From the IMG/VR virus record IMGVR_UViG_3300027896_005002, positions 1-64,000 of that record: a DNA stretch of 64,000 bases; one strand, 5' to 3'. Position numbers and translations under genes: made by a program. This document shows positions 10,063 through 20,297 of this stretch, piece by piece. Numbering within the stretch: the first letter of the stretch is position 1; each line of letters begins with the position of its first letter. The notes beneath the pieces are model-generated. The model searched no databases and was not told the origin of the DNA. It saw only the letters and a program-made list of their open reading frames with translations.

Positions 10063-10475
10063 ACAACAGCCGGTAATTCTGTAAATTTAACTAATACCGG
10101 ATTATTAATTGGTTCTGTCAATGTCGTATCTGGATATGTTGATCTGCAAAATTCACCAGCATAAAAAGCCTGTCTTGAAACATAAAAATCTTGTAAATAA
10201 GTATTAATCGCTGAATCATAATATTGTTTAATATTCCATTGTATAATATGTCGACCAACTCTAAATATTAGAGGGTCAATTCTCAATGGCACAAAATATG
10301 ATCCAATATCAAACTTCATTGGAATACTATTTATAGTCTGTCTAATAATTTCTTTAGATCCTGTTGTATAATCAAAAATTGTGTAAGAAATATAATAAGG
10401 ATCAGTCAACTGTTCACCATTGAAAATATAAATATGTAAATCATTTTTTGATAGTATTTTTCCTAAATAAATCAT
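10059..10475 (-). CDS. Virion structural protein, Ig-like paralog
   Basis: DLHIYIFNGEQLTDPYYISYTIFD...IPMKFDIGSYF aligns with the N-terminus of 8236-9153. Confidence 0.5.
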   Translation of the reverse strand: MIYLGKILSKNDLHIYIFNGEQLTDPYYISYTIFDYTTGSKEIIRQTINSIPMKFDIGSYFVPLRIDPLIFRVGRHIIQWNIKQYYDSAINTYLQDFYVSRQAFYAGEFCRSTYPDTTLTEPINNPVLVKFTELPAVV

Positions 10476-10477
10476 AT

Positions 10478-10825
10478 TTATTCTTTCGTAAACTTAACAA
10501 CTAATCCTCCAGCAAAATAACCATCAGATAATACTTGAAATTCTCTTTCTGATGTCATGTCATAATGTGTATCTGGGTTTTCCCCTCTTGCATGAACATA
10601 ATATTTTTGATTAATTAATGCTGTTGATGGTATTAGCCATTGCATTGCATAAAGCCCTGTATCCAAATGTGTTAAGCTTGTTAATGGTACAACTAATACT
10701 TCTGTACTACCATTAAAATATGTAACAGTATAAGCTGCATTAAACACATCAATTAGTTGGCCTGTGTCATCCATAAATGTAAATTCAAAGTCTACAACGT
10801 CATTTCTTTTATAAATTGATGCCAT
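10478..10825 (-). CDS. Virion structural protein, Ig-like paralog
   Basis: DTGLYAMQWLIP pattern shared with neighbours; ends VKFTKE, similar to VKFTE in 10059-10475. Confidence 0.45.
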   Translation of the reverse strand: MASIYKRNDVVDFEFTFMDDTGQLIDVFNAAYTVTYFNGSTEVLVVPLTSLTHLDTGLYAMQWLIPSTALINQKYYVHARGENPDTHYDMTSEREFQVLSDGYFAGGLVVKFTKE

Positions 10826-10894
10826 AATACCCTCACTTAAATTGATAATACAATATGTTATCTATTATTAAAAAATCAAAACAAAATAAAATCG

Positions 10895-11644
10895 TCATAC
10901 ATTACGAACATTCTCTATTTTATTATAAGTACTTATGCAATTCCTCAATCCATCATCTATTTTAATTTTTGCTTGCCAATTTGGTACTATTACATTTTTA
11001 TTATCATCTGCAAAATCATTTTGCATTTCTATAACATTTTCAATATTTTCAACAAAAGACAATGGCAATTCAAGCATCATTAATATTTTTCTAATAATAT
11101 TATATTCACTTATTTTAATATTAGTCTTTGCTACATATGTAATGCCGCTTTTTCCATGATTTAAAATGCATTCTATCGCGGAACAACAGTCACTAATGTA
11201 TATCCAATCATACATACTTGAACCATCGTTTTTAATCATCACTAATTCTCTACTAACTGCATTAATAATAGATTTTGGAATAAATTTTTGAAGTTGTTGT
11301 CGAGGACCATAACATCGAGCAAGTCTAATAACTATATCAGACTGCACAGGATCATCATTCCATGATAAAACTTGAATAAATCTTTTTACATTACATTTAA
11401 TTTGTTGTGGAATGAAATTAATAACAATATCAATGTCATATAGTTTAAATAAATGCTCTGATTTATTAATATCTATCTTTTCAAATACAACTGTATCTCT
11501 TACTTTATCTAAATTTTTTGTTTCTTCCTTATCAATAACAATGATTCTATCATTATTATATTTAGCATTTAATAATTCAACAAAATGAGACCCGACAAAA
11601 CCCATTCCACCAATTACTAAAATTGTTTTATTGTAATTTCTCAT
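10895..11644 (-). CDS. dTDP-glucose 4,6-dehydratase-like NAD-dependent epimerase with internal deletion (possibly inactive)
   Basis: Rossmann GGMGFVGSHF, YGPRQ..KFIP and YDWIYISD are present. The central segment that carries YxxxK is missing. Confidence 0.7.
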   Translation of the reverse strand: MRNYNKTILVIGGMGFVGSHFVELLNAKYNNDRIIVIDKEETKNLDKVRDTVVFEKIDINKSEHLFKLYDIDIVINFIPQQIKCNVKRFIQVLSWNDDPVQSDIVIRLARCYGPRQQLQKFIPKSIINAVSRELVMIKNDGSSMYDWIYISDCCSAIECILNHGKSGITYVAKTNIKISEYNIIRKILMMLELPLSFVENIENVIEMQNDFADDNKNVIVPNWQAKIKIDDGLRNCISTYNKIENVRNV

Positions 11645-11788
11645 TCTTTTTTTCTTTTATTTTAATAGCGCCAACTACTTCCATATTAGTCTTCACTTTA
11701 TCATTATTCATCATTTTATTACTTTGATTCATAAGATTTTTGGCATCTTTTTTTCTTTCATGTAAATGTAATGAATATTCAATTTCAT

Positions 11789-12787
11789 TCATAATCCCTC
11801 CATTCTCAAATTTTCAAATAATATCTTTTGCTTATCTGTTAATTGTATTGGAATATCAACAATAAACTCAATAATCTCATGTCCTCTAACTTTAGTTATT
11901 CTGTCCGGTAAACCTTTATTTTTAATAATTAATTGTCTAACATTTATAATATTTGGACTTACCATTATTTCATTATCATTTTCACATAACATCTTAATAT
12001 TAATTTTACAACCTAATACAGCTTGTGATAATGACAAATGTGCAGTATAAATAATATCTTGCCCTCGTCTAGCAAAATATTCATGAGATTTAATTTTCAA
12101 TTGTACTACTAAATTTCCACAAAGACCGTTATTCTCACCACAATGACCATAATATTTTAATATTATAATATTCTCATTTACTCCCACATCTATATCTAAT
12201 GTAGCAATCGAATCTTTTAATACTCTACCGGTCCCAGAACAATTATTACAATCTAGCTTTAGAGCATGCCCTGACCCATTACATTTTGAACATATAATAA
12301 CGTTATTTATAGTAAAATATCCCATTGTTTTAGTATTAAATAGCTTTCCTTGACCTTTACAATTGGGACATATTTGTTTTTCAAAATTTGTCGTGCCACT
12401 GCCAGAACAACAAACACATTTTTCATATTTTTTATATTTTATTGTTTTCTTACAACCTTTTAACACTTCCTCAAACGTTAAGTCTAAATTAATTGCTATA
12501 TCTTTGCCTGTTGATCCTCGACGAATTGTTGAAAATGAAAAATTTGAAAAATCAAATTGCTGTTGTAAATCATATTGTTGTCTTTTGATGGGATCTTTAA
12601 GAACATCATATGCTGCAGTTACTTCAGTGAATTTTGATGCAGCTTCGCTACTATGATTTTTATCAGGATGGAAATCTTTTGCGAGTTTAAAATATGCAGA
12701 TTTTATTTGACTATCAGTCGCATCCTTAGATAATCCAAGTATTGAATAATAATCTTTATTAACAACCCTAGCCATATCTACTGTCAA
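11789..12787 (-). CDS. dnaJ: DnaJ (Hsp40) co-chaperone
   Basis: J-domain DYYSILG...FHPDKN, four CxxCxGxG repeats, and a C-terminal substrate-binding domain. Confidence 0.92.
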   Translation of the reverse strand: MTVDMARVVNKDYYSILGLSKDATDSQIKSAYFKLAKDFHPDKNHSSEAASKFTEVTAAYDVLKDPIKRQQYDLQQQFDFSNFSFSTIRRGSTGKDIAINLDLTFEEVLKGCKKTIKYKKYEKCVCCSGSGTTNFEKQICPNCKGQGKLFNTKTMGYFTINNVIICSKCNGSGHALKLDCNNCSGTGRVLKDSIATLDIDVGVNENIIILKYYGHCGENNGLCGNLVVQLKIKSHEYFARRGQDIIYTAHLSLSQAVLGCKINIKMLCENDNEIMVSPNIINVRQLIIKNKGLPDRITKVRGHEIIEFIVDIPIQLTDKQKILFENLRMEGL

Positions 12788-13302
12788 TCAGAATCAGACG
12801 TGATATGACACATCGTTTTCAATGACCTGGTGGCATCCGTATAATCAGACGCATTTACAATACATTTCTTATCAGAAATATTATTGAAATATCCTAATTT
12901 TAATTCTAAAATTGATAAATTAGACGACGTTGGATCAAATACAAAAATAGTTTTTGAATTTTTATGACTAACAGATTCAATACTACATTTTTTTGTTTTT
13001 AAATATGAAGCAAAATATAAATCAGGTGTAATAATTTTATTTTCATCATTATCAAGATGACATAATGTTTTTAAAGCCCTAATAGCATCAGCGAAAGCAA
13101 TAGCTATTACAGAACATTTTTCTGAATGGTCATTATTGAAATATCCATGTTTTAATTCTTGAGCTGATAATTTAGAATCACTGATATCAAAAACAAATGT
13201 TGTTTTCGATCCTTCTCTTTCAATGTCAACTATCTGGCAGGATTTTGCTTTCAAATAGGCGGCAAAATATAAATCAGATGTCGATAATTTTTGTTCATTC
13301 AT
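12784..13302 (-). CDS. Protein with two tandem small domains (DUF5659-like)
   Basis: TSDLYFAAYLK...KTTFVFD is repeated as TPDLYFASYLK...KTIFVFD. Confidence 0.55.
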   Translation of the reverse strand: MNEQKLSTSDLYFAAYLKAKSCQIVDIEREGSKTTFVFDISDSKLSAQELKHGYFNNDHSEKCSVIAIAFADAIRALKTLCHLDNDENKIITPDLYFASYLKTKKCSIESVSHKNSKTIFVFDPTSSNLSILELKLGYFNNISDKKCIVNASDYTDATRSLKTMCHITSDSD

Positions 13303-13314
13303 ATTTCATCCTAT

Positions 13315-13833
13315 TTACATTTTTTTTATTTTTTTCTGAATTTCTGCAAGCTTCTCACTAACAGTATCTATAAAAGCTTCTAATTCCACTTTATTATCAG
13401 CAATGTCGTCTTTTATCTTTTTTATTAATGTAGCTACATCAGCTCTAGTTTTCTTAATTTCACTATTATCATTATTAGATTCATGAGTATGGTTTTTTAA
13501 AGAAACAACAGTATCATTTATTTTTGTAATCTTATTTACTATTTCATTAAGCAATTCATTTATTGATTCAAATTGCCGTAAATTATTTGACCGTTCTTCA
13601 TCAACTAATGTTTCAATTACAACAATTTTCTGATTAATGTCACTACATGAATTATCAATGTGATTTGAGAGTGACAATCCGTGATCAGTAATAGTGTTAA
13701 TAGCTGAACGAATTACATCATTTTCAATTTTTGAAATTTTACTGTCAATTCTATTATCAAATTGACCCAATTCAATCTGTTTTGCTAAAATTTCTTTTAC
13801 TATTTTTTCAATCCATTCTCTAAATCCAAACAT
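13315..13833 (-). CDS. Hypothetical coiled-coil protein
   Basis: ORF with AGGAG RBS and heptad-rich sequence. Confidence 0.6.
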   Translation of the reverse strand: MFGFREWIEKIVKEILAKQIELGQFDNRIDSKISKIENDVIRSAINTITDHGLSLSNHIDNSCSDINQKIVVIETLVDEERSNNLRQFESINELLNEIVNKITKINDTVVSLKNHTHESNNDNSEIKKTRADVATLIKKIKDDIADNKVELEAFIDTVSEKLAEIQKKIKKM

Positions 13834-13860
13834 ATTAATCTCCTTAATTTTATTAATCTA

Positions 13861-13890
13861 AAAAGGGAGCTCGATCGAACTCCCTTTTTT
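13861..13890. terminator. Intrinsic terminator (bidirectional)
   Basis: AAAAGGGAGCTCGATCGAACTCCCTTTTTT hairpin with A/T tails. Confidence 0.75.
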
Positions 13891-13902
13891 ACGATCTTAA
13901 AA

Positions 13903-14316
13903 TTAACCAATGCAAATAATCAATGCCTGCGATGATCCTAAACTACTAGTTACTGTTGTTGTTGTCAATGCAGCATTATGAACAATTGTAATTCCACTAA
14001 GAACTACTGCAGGCGCTGTAGGAGTTGTATTATTGATAACTTGCACTCGAGGAATAACACCCAAATTATGAGTTATCACAATTGAACCACCATTGCTTAG
14101 CGTTGCAGTATCATTAATGCTAATCTTATTTGCAGCAAGAAAACGATGAATGTCACCAGCCTGATAGCTCAAAAGAACTTCTGTTGTGTCCAGAAGATAC
14201 TTCGAAGCACCAGCATTCAATTTAATATCACGAAGAATTGGTGACACACCTTTGATGTAACTTCCAAGATCATTGAACTCCAATACTCCACTTGACAAAA
14301 GACTTGTAATCTTCAT
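13903..14316 (-). CDS. Probable virion structural protein
   Basis: AGGAGG RBS; ITHNLG..PRVQV motif common in phage fibre/decoration domains. Confidence 0.5.
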   Translation of the reverse strand: MKITSLLSSGVLEFNDLGSYIKGVSPILRDIKLNAGASKYLLDTTEVLLSYQAGDIHRFLAANKISINDTATLSNGGSIVITHNLGVIPRVQVINNTTPTAPAVVLSGITIVHNAALTTTTVTSSLGSSQALIICIG

Positions 14317-14339
14317 ACAATCTCCTCCTATGTTTTAAA

Positions 14340-14822
14340 TTAAGTTGTTGTTACCAATTTACCACTCGTATCAACTGCTGTAGGTATGAATCGTTTTTCT
14401 GCATCGTTCCAACCTACTACAGCAGTTGTCCGTAATTCTGGATATTGCAATCTCATTAAGCCATTAGCCGTATACGGTGCAATAACTATCGGGCCCTCAA
14501 ATGCTTGTTCGGCACCTGAAATGACCGCTTTCATTTTAATGTAATTTGTAATATCATTATTCCATCCGGGTATCAAACTTGGAACAACATTCAATACTAC
14601 TTTTTTGTAATAAGAACGAATTCCAAATGCTTCTGGCTGAATATTAGGACCATTCTGTACACTACCTAATAATTTACTAAATCCACCGGAAGATGAAGAA
14701 TCCCAATATACATTATAAGATTCAGGTGTCGTCAAATTACTTGCATTTGGTCTAACGGGCCACATCAAGGTTATCCGATCAGACAACCTATAAACTACTT
14801 GAATCTTATTATTTATTGCCAC
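14340..14822 (-). CDS. Probable virion protein (Fn3-like)
   Basis: GTG start after AGGAG; ITLMW...SYNVYW pattern. Confidence 0.45.
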   Translation of the reverse strand: MAINNKIQVVYRLSDRITLMWPVRPNASNLTTPESYNVYWDSSSSGGFSKLLGSVQNGPNIQPEAFGIRSYYKKVVLNVVPSLIPGWNNDITNYIKMKAVISGAEQAFEGPIVIAPYTANGLMRLQYPELRTTAVVGWNDAEKRFIPTAVDTSGKLVTTT

Positions 14823-14837
14823 TTGCCCGTCTCCTGT

Positions 14838-15311
14838 TTAAGATTTTTTACCAATTTTCATCTTATTTCTAATTTTCATCTTAATTTCTTTCTTAATATC
14901 AGCTGCTGTATGCTTTGCCTCAACTGGTCTTCTATCATCTCTTGCAGCAACTAATTCATCAACGCCAGGTGTAACTTCATCTGCTAATTGATCAGGTTCG
15001 AATTCCTTTGCACCAAGTACACCTTCATCAATTCTTCTTTTTTCAGCTTTTGGCCCATTAACTTTTACTTTACCAATCGCAGGCTTTAATGGCTCAGTCT
15101 CATCCTGCTGCTGATTTTTTATTAAATTACGTTTCAAAATTGAAGCTGCTTCTGCATCCGAAATCTTTATAATCCATCGCGCCCTAAGTGCAGCAGCCAT
15201 AGATCTTGAAGATAATTCATAATTTTCATCTTTTGGGTCAAAAACATCATCTTTATCTAAATAAATGTTTTTGTCAGTTAATCTGAATTTTTCTTGAACT
15301 AAATACTTCAT
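14838..15311 (-). CDS. Hypothetical protein, basic C-terminus
   Basis: ORF with GGAGG RBS. Confidence 0.6.
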   Translation of the reverse strand: MKYLVQEKFRLTDKNIYLDKDDVFDPKDENYELSSRSMAAALRARWIIKISDAEAASILKRNLIKNQQQDETEPLKPAIGKVKVNGPKAEKRRIDEGVLGAKEFEPDQLADEVTPGVDELVAARDDRRPVEAKHTAADIKKEIKMKIRNKMKIGKKS

Positions 15312-15352
15312 TTTAATCCTCCATTCATATAAATTTTTTGAATTTGTTTAAT

Positions 15353-16108
15353 TTATTTATCCGCTTTGCCAACTTCATCTCTTTTATCTTTGAATGTTCC
15401 AGGACCAATATCTATCCATTCTTTATCTCCAGTCTGAGAATCCATATTAGCATCTGGATCATCTTTCTTCTCATTATGCTCGGAAGGATGAGTTGCTTCT
15501 TTTTTCAATAATTCTGCTGTTGCTTGCTGAATCAAACCTTCATCATCATCAGCCAATTCTTCTTCTTCAAGATCACTATCAAGTCCAAGATCATCATCAC
15601 TAACATCACCTTCAGGCGCACCAATTTCTTCACTATAATCTTCATCCTCTTTTTCCATGTCATCAGCCATCTTATTCAAATTAACAGCTGATTTTGTCAA
15701 ATTGGCGGCAGTACGTCTCAAACTGCTTGCAGTAGCAGCAGCTCGACCAATAGCATCTCTTTTATCACTTTGCCAATTATTCTTAGGAGCAACTTCCTCT
15801 TCATGACCTTTACCAATCTGACCAGTTTGACCCTTACCTGCATCATAATCATTCTGGACAGTTGCATCATATCCCGACGACAATTCATCAATATAACTAG
15901 CTTTCCTTGAACCTTTCATTTTTTCCTCCTTACAATTATTTATTTGACTATTATCGGATGCATGAATCTCGTAATCTGTCTTATCTATGGGCTGAAATAT
16001 ATTATCAAAATCACTATTATCAAAATCATGATACTTATCAACTAACCCATTATTATTTATATCATTTATCTCACGATTTGTTAATGTATGCGCTTGTCTT
16101 CTTTTCAT
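15353..16108 (-). CDS. Acidic low-complexity head-associated protein
   Basis: D/E-rich with repeated DKRD.(I/V)G.A. A second in-frame start at 15919 has an AAGGAGG RBS. Confidence 0.6.
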   Translation of the reverse strand: MKRRQAHTLTNREINDINNNGLVDKYHDFDNSDFDNIFQPIDKTDYEIHASDNSQINNCKEEKMKGSRKASYIDELSSGYDATVQNDYDAGKGQTGQIGKGHEEEVAPKNNWQSDKRDAIGRAAATASSLRRTAANLTKSAVNLNKMADDMEKEDEDYSEEIGAPEGDVSDDDLGLDSDLEEEELADDDEGLIQQATAELLKKEATHPSEHNEKKDDPDANMDSQTGDKEWIDIGPGTFKDKRDEVGKADK

Positions 16109-16201
16109 AATCTATATCTCACTACTTACTACAATATAAAAGAAAAATTAAATATAAAATTTATTTACTAAAATAAGTTAATTATAAATTGTGAAGAAAA
16201 T

Positions 16202-19200
16202 TTAAACTGATTTTTTTGCTTCCGCTCTAAAATTTATTAAAGGATGAGGGATTTGCTCTGGCATAATTTGTATATCAGTAAATCCCGCCCACGTTAAATG
16301 ATCCCATAACATTTCCGGATACCACCCCCATAAATGGGGTGAAGTAATATCACCTTGACCGCCCTTATCTGTAGTATTAACTGGACAAAAGAAACAATTC
16401 AATATACCATATCTTGTTTTTTTATCTGCAGTTACAAACATCTTACATAATTCTTCAATATTTGGTACTTCAATTACAAGTTTTCCACCTGGTTTTAATA
16501 TTCGTTTCCAATTGTTAAGAACCTCGACCACCTTGTATGGATTTATATGTTCTAGTAAATGCGATGCCAAAATCTCTTCAACAGAATTTTCTGGTAAATC
16601 TAATTCATAAACATCAGCAATAATCAATGCTCGCATATCATACTTATCAACACTAATATATCCAGGAAATTCCACACCACCAGATCCTAAATTCAATTTT
16701 ATGTGTTTATTGTAACGAAGCATGTTTTTCATACCATTAACTTTAATTACATGCGTACTATATTCAGGAAATTCTTTGACAGAAAAAGTTCCTTCACCAA
16801 TATGATATATTGGAAATCGACCTTCATTTGTAAAAGTAAAAATTAAATCATTATCCGGAACTACGACCTGTTTATATCCTGCAATTTGTGCTTTAACGCA
16901 AAAATCTATATCTTCTCCTCCTCCAGGACTATATGATTCATCAAGTAATCCAATCTTATCAAAAACTTTACTTCGTATCATAACGCAGAAAAATATCATT
17001 ACATCATATCCGGCATAATTATCATACAATTGTAATGGTCCAGTGATTCCCACAGTTTCATCATTCAAAAATGGATGAACTAAAATATCTATCCAGGCAT
17101 TATGCAGCAATCCCTTATCTAAAAGAATAGTATCATTATTTAAAAGAATGATATAATCACCTACTGCAGCTTTTATTCCAATGTTTGTAGCTTTAGTAAA
17201 TCCAAGTCCGTCATCATACCAAATAAGCTTAAAAGGATGACCCAAACTATCAATATAATCTGCAGTATTATCTTTACAACCATTTGCCACAACAATTATT
17301 TCAACATCGTCAAGTTTAGTAAATTTTTTAATACTATCAAGACATGGTTTCAAACAATCTTCTAAATGATTGTATGTCGGAATGACAATTGAATATTTTG
17401 GCTTTTTCTGATGTTTACTATAAAGAATGTTTCTATTATATCTCATAGTTGAGACATTTTTTTGTTTTTTGTCAATTGTTGTCGGACTACTTGGATGATA
17501 TAATGGAAAATCATTCTTTAAACCAATAGGAACAATTGAATAACCGGCTTTTGATATTCTTAAACTAAAATCAGTATCACTTAAATATCCTATTCCAAAA
17601 TTGCAGTCAAATCCATTTATTTGATCCCAAATGTATTTAGGATACATTGCGCAACCACTATGTAATGCTAGCCCTAAAAATGGGTAATCTGCAATAAAAA
17701 TTCCTGTAGCACCTGTTAATTTATCATTTAAAAATGGTTCATATAATTTGCTAATCCATGAATCAACCTCTTGAGGCAATAAAAGAGAATCATCATCAAG
17801 TAATATCAAATAAGATCCTCTAGAAGCAATTGCAGCCGAATTAACAGCAATTGGAACCCCAACTTTTTTATGATGATCTATTAATGTTATCCTTCTTTTT
17901 AAAGATTCTAAATGTGTAATAGCAGCATTATCACAACCATTTGCAGATACAATAACTTCTTTATCAATAAGATTTGTAAATTGAAACACTCTATTTAAAC
18001 AATCAGAAATAACATCATTTGAAGCACATGTCGGAATGATAATACTAAATTTTGGTCGTCTGCGCAATACTATTAAACCATTTGAACCAATTATTTCAAA
18101 ATCCATTTCCCAATTATCATTTGTTTGCAAAAAATCCTGTACAGCAAGTTGTAGTCCTTTTCTATCTAAATTAGTTTGCACTTCATCTTCTTGACCATAT
18201 TTTGTCGTATCATGCAATAAAATATATTTTCTAACTTTATTTGCATGAAGTGTTAATTCTTGTGATAATTGTTTATAAGTGTGTAATGTGTCTATAAATA
18301 ATAAATCAGTTTCTTCTATCTCAGTTGTCAAAACGTCATGCTCAATAAATTTGAAATCAATACCATTTTCTTTAGCAACATCAATAGCTTCATGAATATT
18401 TTCACATGTATAAATGTCATATGACGTCATTTTAATAGGCTTAGCTACAAGAAATGCATATGTAGAAAATACACCACGAACACCAAATTCTGTTATACAT
18501 TCGCATCTACAAGCATATTTTCTCAATGTCGGAAATAATTTGTTAATATCACATTCATGATTCAAAGCAATATTATAAATTTTTTCTAATCTACTTGCAT
18601 ATTTATCTTCTAAAATTTTGTTGTTTCTTTGAATAATTTCATTTTTCATATCTACTTTATTAAACGTTCCATTACCTTCATGATATATCGGAAAACTGTA
18701 ATCTGTCACTCCTTCACCAAATTGTTTTGATCCATCATTAGGAACTTGAACTAATCGATAACCAATTAATTCTGCTCTAAGTGAAAAATCACCATCTTCA
18801 CCCATTCCTGGATTAAAATTTTCATCTAAAAATCCTATTTCATTTACTAATGATCGTTGAAACATACAACACCAAAAAGCAATTGATGTTCGATTTATTC
18901 CTCCACAGTCCCAGATGAATTTTATAGGACCAGTTATCCCTATGTTTGCACATTCAATAAATGGATTTTTTAATATTTCTATCCATCTATTTTTAGGTTG
19001 TTCAAGTAATATAATATCATCATTCAACAAAATAATAAAATCACCCAAAGAATTTTTTAAACCTATATTTACAGCTTTAGTATAACCTATTGGTTGTTCA
19101 AATTGTATAATTTTAGTATTTTGCAAATCGCTTCTGACATTGTCACAACCATTTGCAACAACAATTAGTTCAACATTATCCAAATCGGTGTATTTAACTA

Positions 19201-19261
19201 TACTATCATAACATGATATTAGATTATTAAAATTGCAGGTGGGGATTATAATTGAAATCAT
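16202..19261 (-). CDS. Multidomain glycosyltransferase: GT2 - SAM methyltransferase - GT2 - GT2 - SAM methyltransferase
   Basis: Three SIIIPT/SIVIPT...LNDD/LDDD/LNND GT-A domains; EFGVRG...LFIDTLH...LLHDT; and LNLGSG...SHLLEH...LKPGGKL. Confidence 0.85.
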   Translation of the reverse strand: MISIIIPTCNFNNLISCYDSIVKYTDLDNVELIVVANGCDNVRSDLQNTKIIQFEQPIGYTKAVNIGLKNSLGDFIILLNDDIILLEQPKNRWIEILKNPFIECANIGITGPIKFIWDCGGINRTSIAFWCCMFQRSLVNEIGFLDENFNPGMGEDGDFSLRAELIGYRLVQVPNDGSKQFGEGVTDYSFPIYHEGNGTFNKVDMKNEIIQRNNKILEDKYASRLEKIYNIALNHECDINKLFPTLRKYACRCECITEFGVRGVFSTYAFLVAKPIKMTSYDIYTCENIHEAIDVAKENGIDFKFIEHDVLTTEIEETDLLFIDTLHTYKQLSQELTLHANKVRKYILLHDTTKYGQEDEVQTNLDRKGLQLAVQDFLQTNDNWEMDFEIIGSNGLIVLRRRPKFSIIIPTCASNDVISDCLNRVFQFTNLIDKEVIVSANGCDNAAITHLESLKRRITLIDHHKKVGVPIAVNSAAIASRGSYLILLDDDSLLLPQEVDSWISKLYEPFLNDKLTGATGIFIADYPFLGLALHSGCAMYPKYIWDQINGFDCNFGIGYLSDTDFSLRISKAGYSIVPIGLKNDFPLYHPSSPTTIDKKQKNVSTMRYNRNILYSKHQKKPKYSIVIPTYNHLEDCLKPCLDSIKKFTKLDDVEIIVVANGCKDNTADYIDSLGHPFKLIWYDDGLGFTKATNIGIKAAVGDYIILLNNDTILLDKGLLHNAWIDILVHPFLNDETVGITGPLQLYDNYAGYDVMIFFCVMIRSKVFDKIGLLDESYSPGGGEDIDFCVKAQIAGYKQVVVPDNDLIFTFTNEGRFPIYHIGEGTFSVKEFPEYSTHVIKVNGMKNMLRYNKHIKLNLGSGGVEFPGYISVDKYDMRALIIADVYELDLPENSVEEILASHLLEHINPYKVVEVLNNWKRILKPGGKLVIEVPNIEELCKMFVTADKKTRYGILNCFFCPVNTTDKGGQGDITSPHLWGWYPEMLWDHLTWAGFTDIQIMPEQIPHPLINFRAEAKKSV

Positions 19262-19301
19262 ACATCTCTCTCTGAAGAATTTTAATTTATTTAATTTATT
19301 G

Positions 19302-19335
19302 AAAAAAAAGAGAGCGGTTAATAACCGCTCTCTTT
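19302..19335 (-). terminator. Intrinsic terminator downstream of major capsid gene
   Basis: Minus strand AAAGAGAGCGGTTA-T-TAACCGCTCTC followed by T8. Confidence 0.85.
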
Positions 19336-19353
19336 AACAATCTCTCAGAAATG

Positions 19354-20226
19354 TTATCTTGTAACCAAAATCTGAGATACACCTCTTGGGTTCCAAATAC
19401 CAATCCCAATTTGTTCGAAGATACTCCAGCCGATCAGGCGGCTGTCAGGATCATCAGCTGGAAGAACAGTGATGTCGATACGTTGAGGCATAATTCCTAA
19501 GAATTTTTCCTCTGTGCATACATAAACTGTTCCAATAGGTACGATACGTGATACAATGATTTCAGCACCCCAAAGCATTGCCATAAGACCAGTAGCCAGC
19601 AAGCTTTTCTGAGTGACTGGATCGAGTTGATCACGACCCCATTTTCTGATGTCACTATAGTCACGAGCATTCATGAACATGCGAGCAACTCGCAAGTCAT
19701 GTTTTTCAACTTCTGCCATAGCATCAGCGAGAGAGTCACGATCGAGAGAACCAGCAGCGTTCGTTACAGCATTGAAAGCAACGCCAGTTGTCGGATCGAT
19801 CTGCGTTAGAGCAACATCAAAGGCAGCAAATCCAAGTTCATCTTCAGCAGCCTGAATTTCCTGTTTTGCTTTGTCCTGAGCACGGTCAATCAGATTATAA
19901 CGTCTTTCCTTTACCTGTGTGAATGGAATCTTGGGATTTGAACCAAGTTCGAACAACGGTATAAGAATACGTTTTCCTTTAACGATCGTTTCTGGTGTTT
20001 GACCTTCTTCAGAGATTACGATAGCCGGAACATTGATGTCCTTATCGTAATAAGGAAGTGCGCCTTGAGGAAGAGGATCAACTACGATTGCTCTACGAAA
20101 AACGCCTTCGTAGTCAAGTCTTTCACGCAGAGGGTTTTGCATCGAAGCAGCAAGTTTCATTTTACCTTCTGCTGTTGAAAGGAGCTTATTAATAACAGCT
20201 TCTTTTTGTGCAGGATTGAGTTTCAT
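19354..20226 (-). CDS. Major capsid protein (HK97 fold)
   Basis: 290 aa with LRERLDYEG, LWGAEIIVSRIVPIGTVY and IGWSIFEQIGIGIWNPRG. Distinct high-expression codon usage; follows the protease, scaffold and decoration genes; followed by a terminator. Confidence 0.85.
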   Translation of the reverse strand: MKLNPAQKEAVINKLLSTAEGKMKLAASMQNPLRERLDYEGVFRRAIVVDPLPQGALPYYDKDINVPAIVISEEGQTPETIVKGKRILIPLFELGSNPKIPFTQVKERRYNLIDRAQDKAKQEIQAAEDELGFAAFDVALTQIDPTTGVAFNAVTNAAGSLDRDSLADAMAEVEKHDLRVARMFMNARDYSDIRKWGRDQLDPVTQKSLLATGLMAMLWGAEIIVSRIVPIGTVYVCTEEKFLGIMPQRIDITVLPADDPDSRLIGWSIFEQIGIGIWNPRGVSQILVTR

Positions 20227-20297
20227 TTAGTGTCTCCTTTAAAAATTCTATTCTAATGTTAAAAGTCAGTAATTAATCCCATATAGCAATTAAGCTA

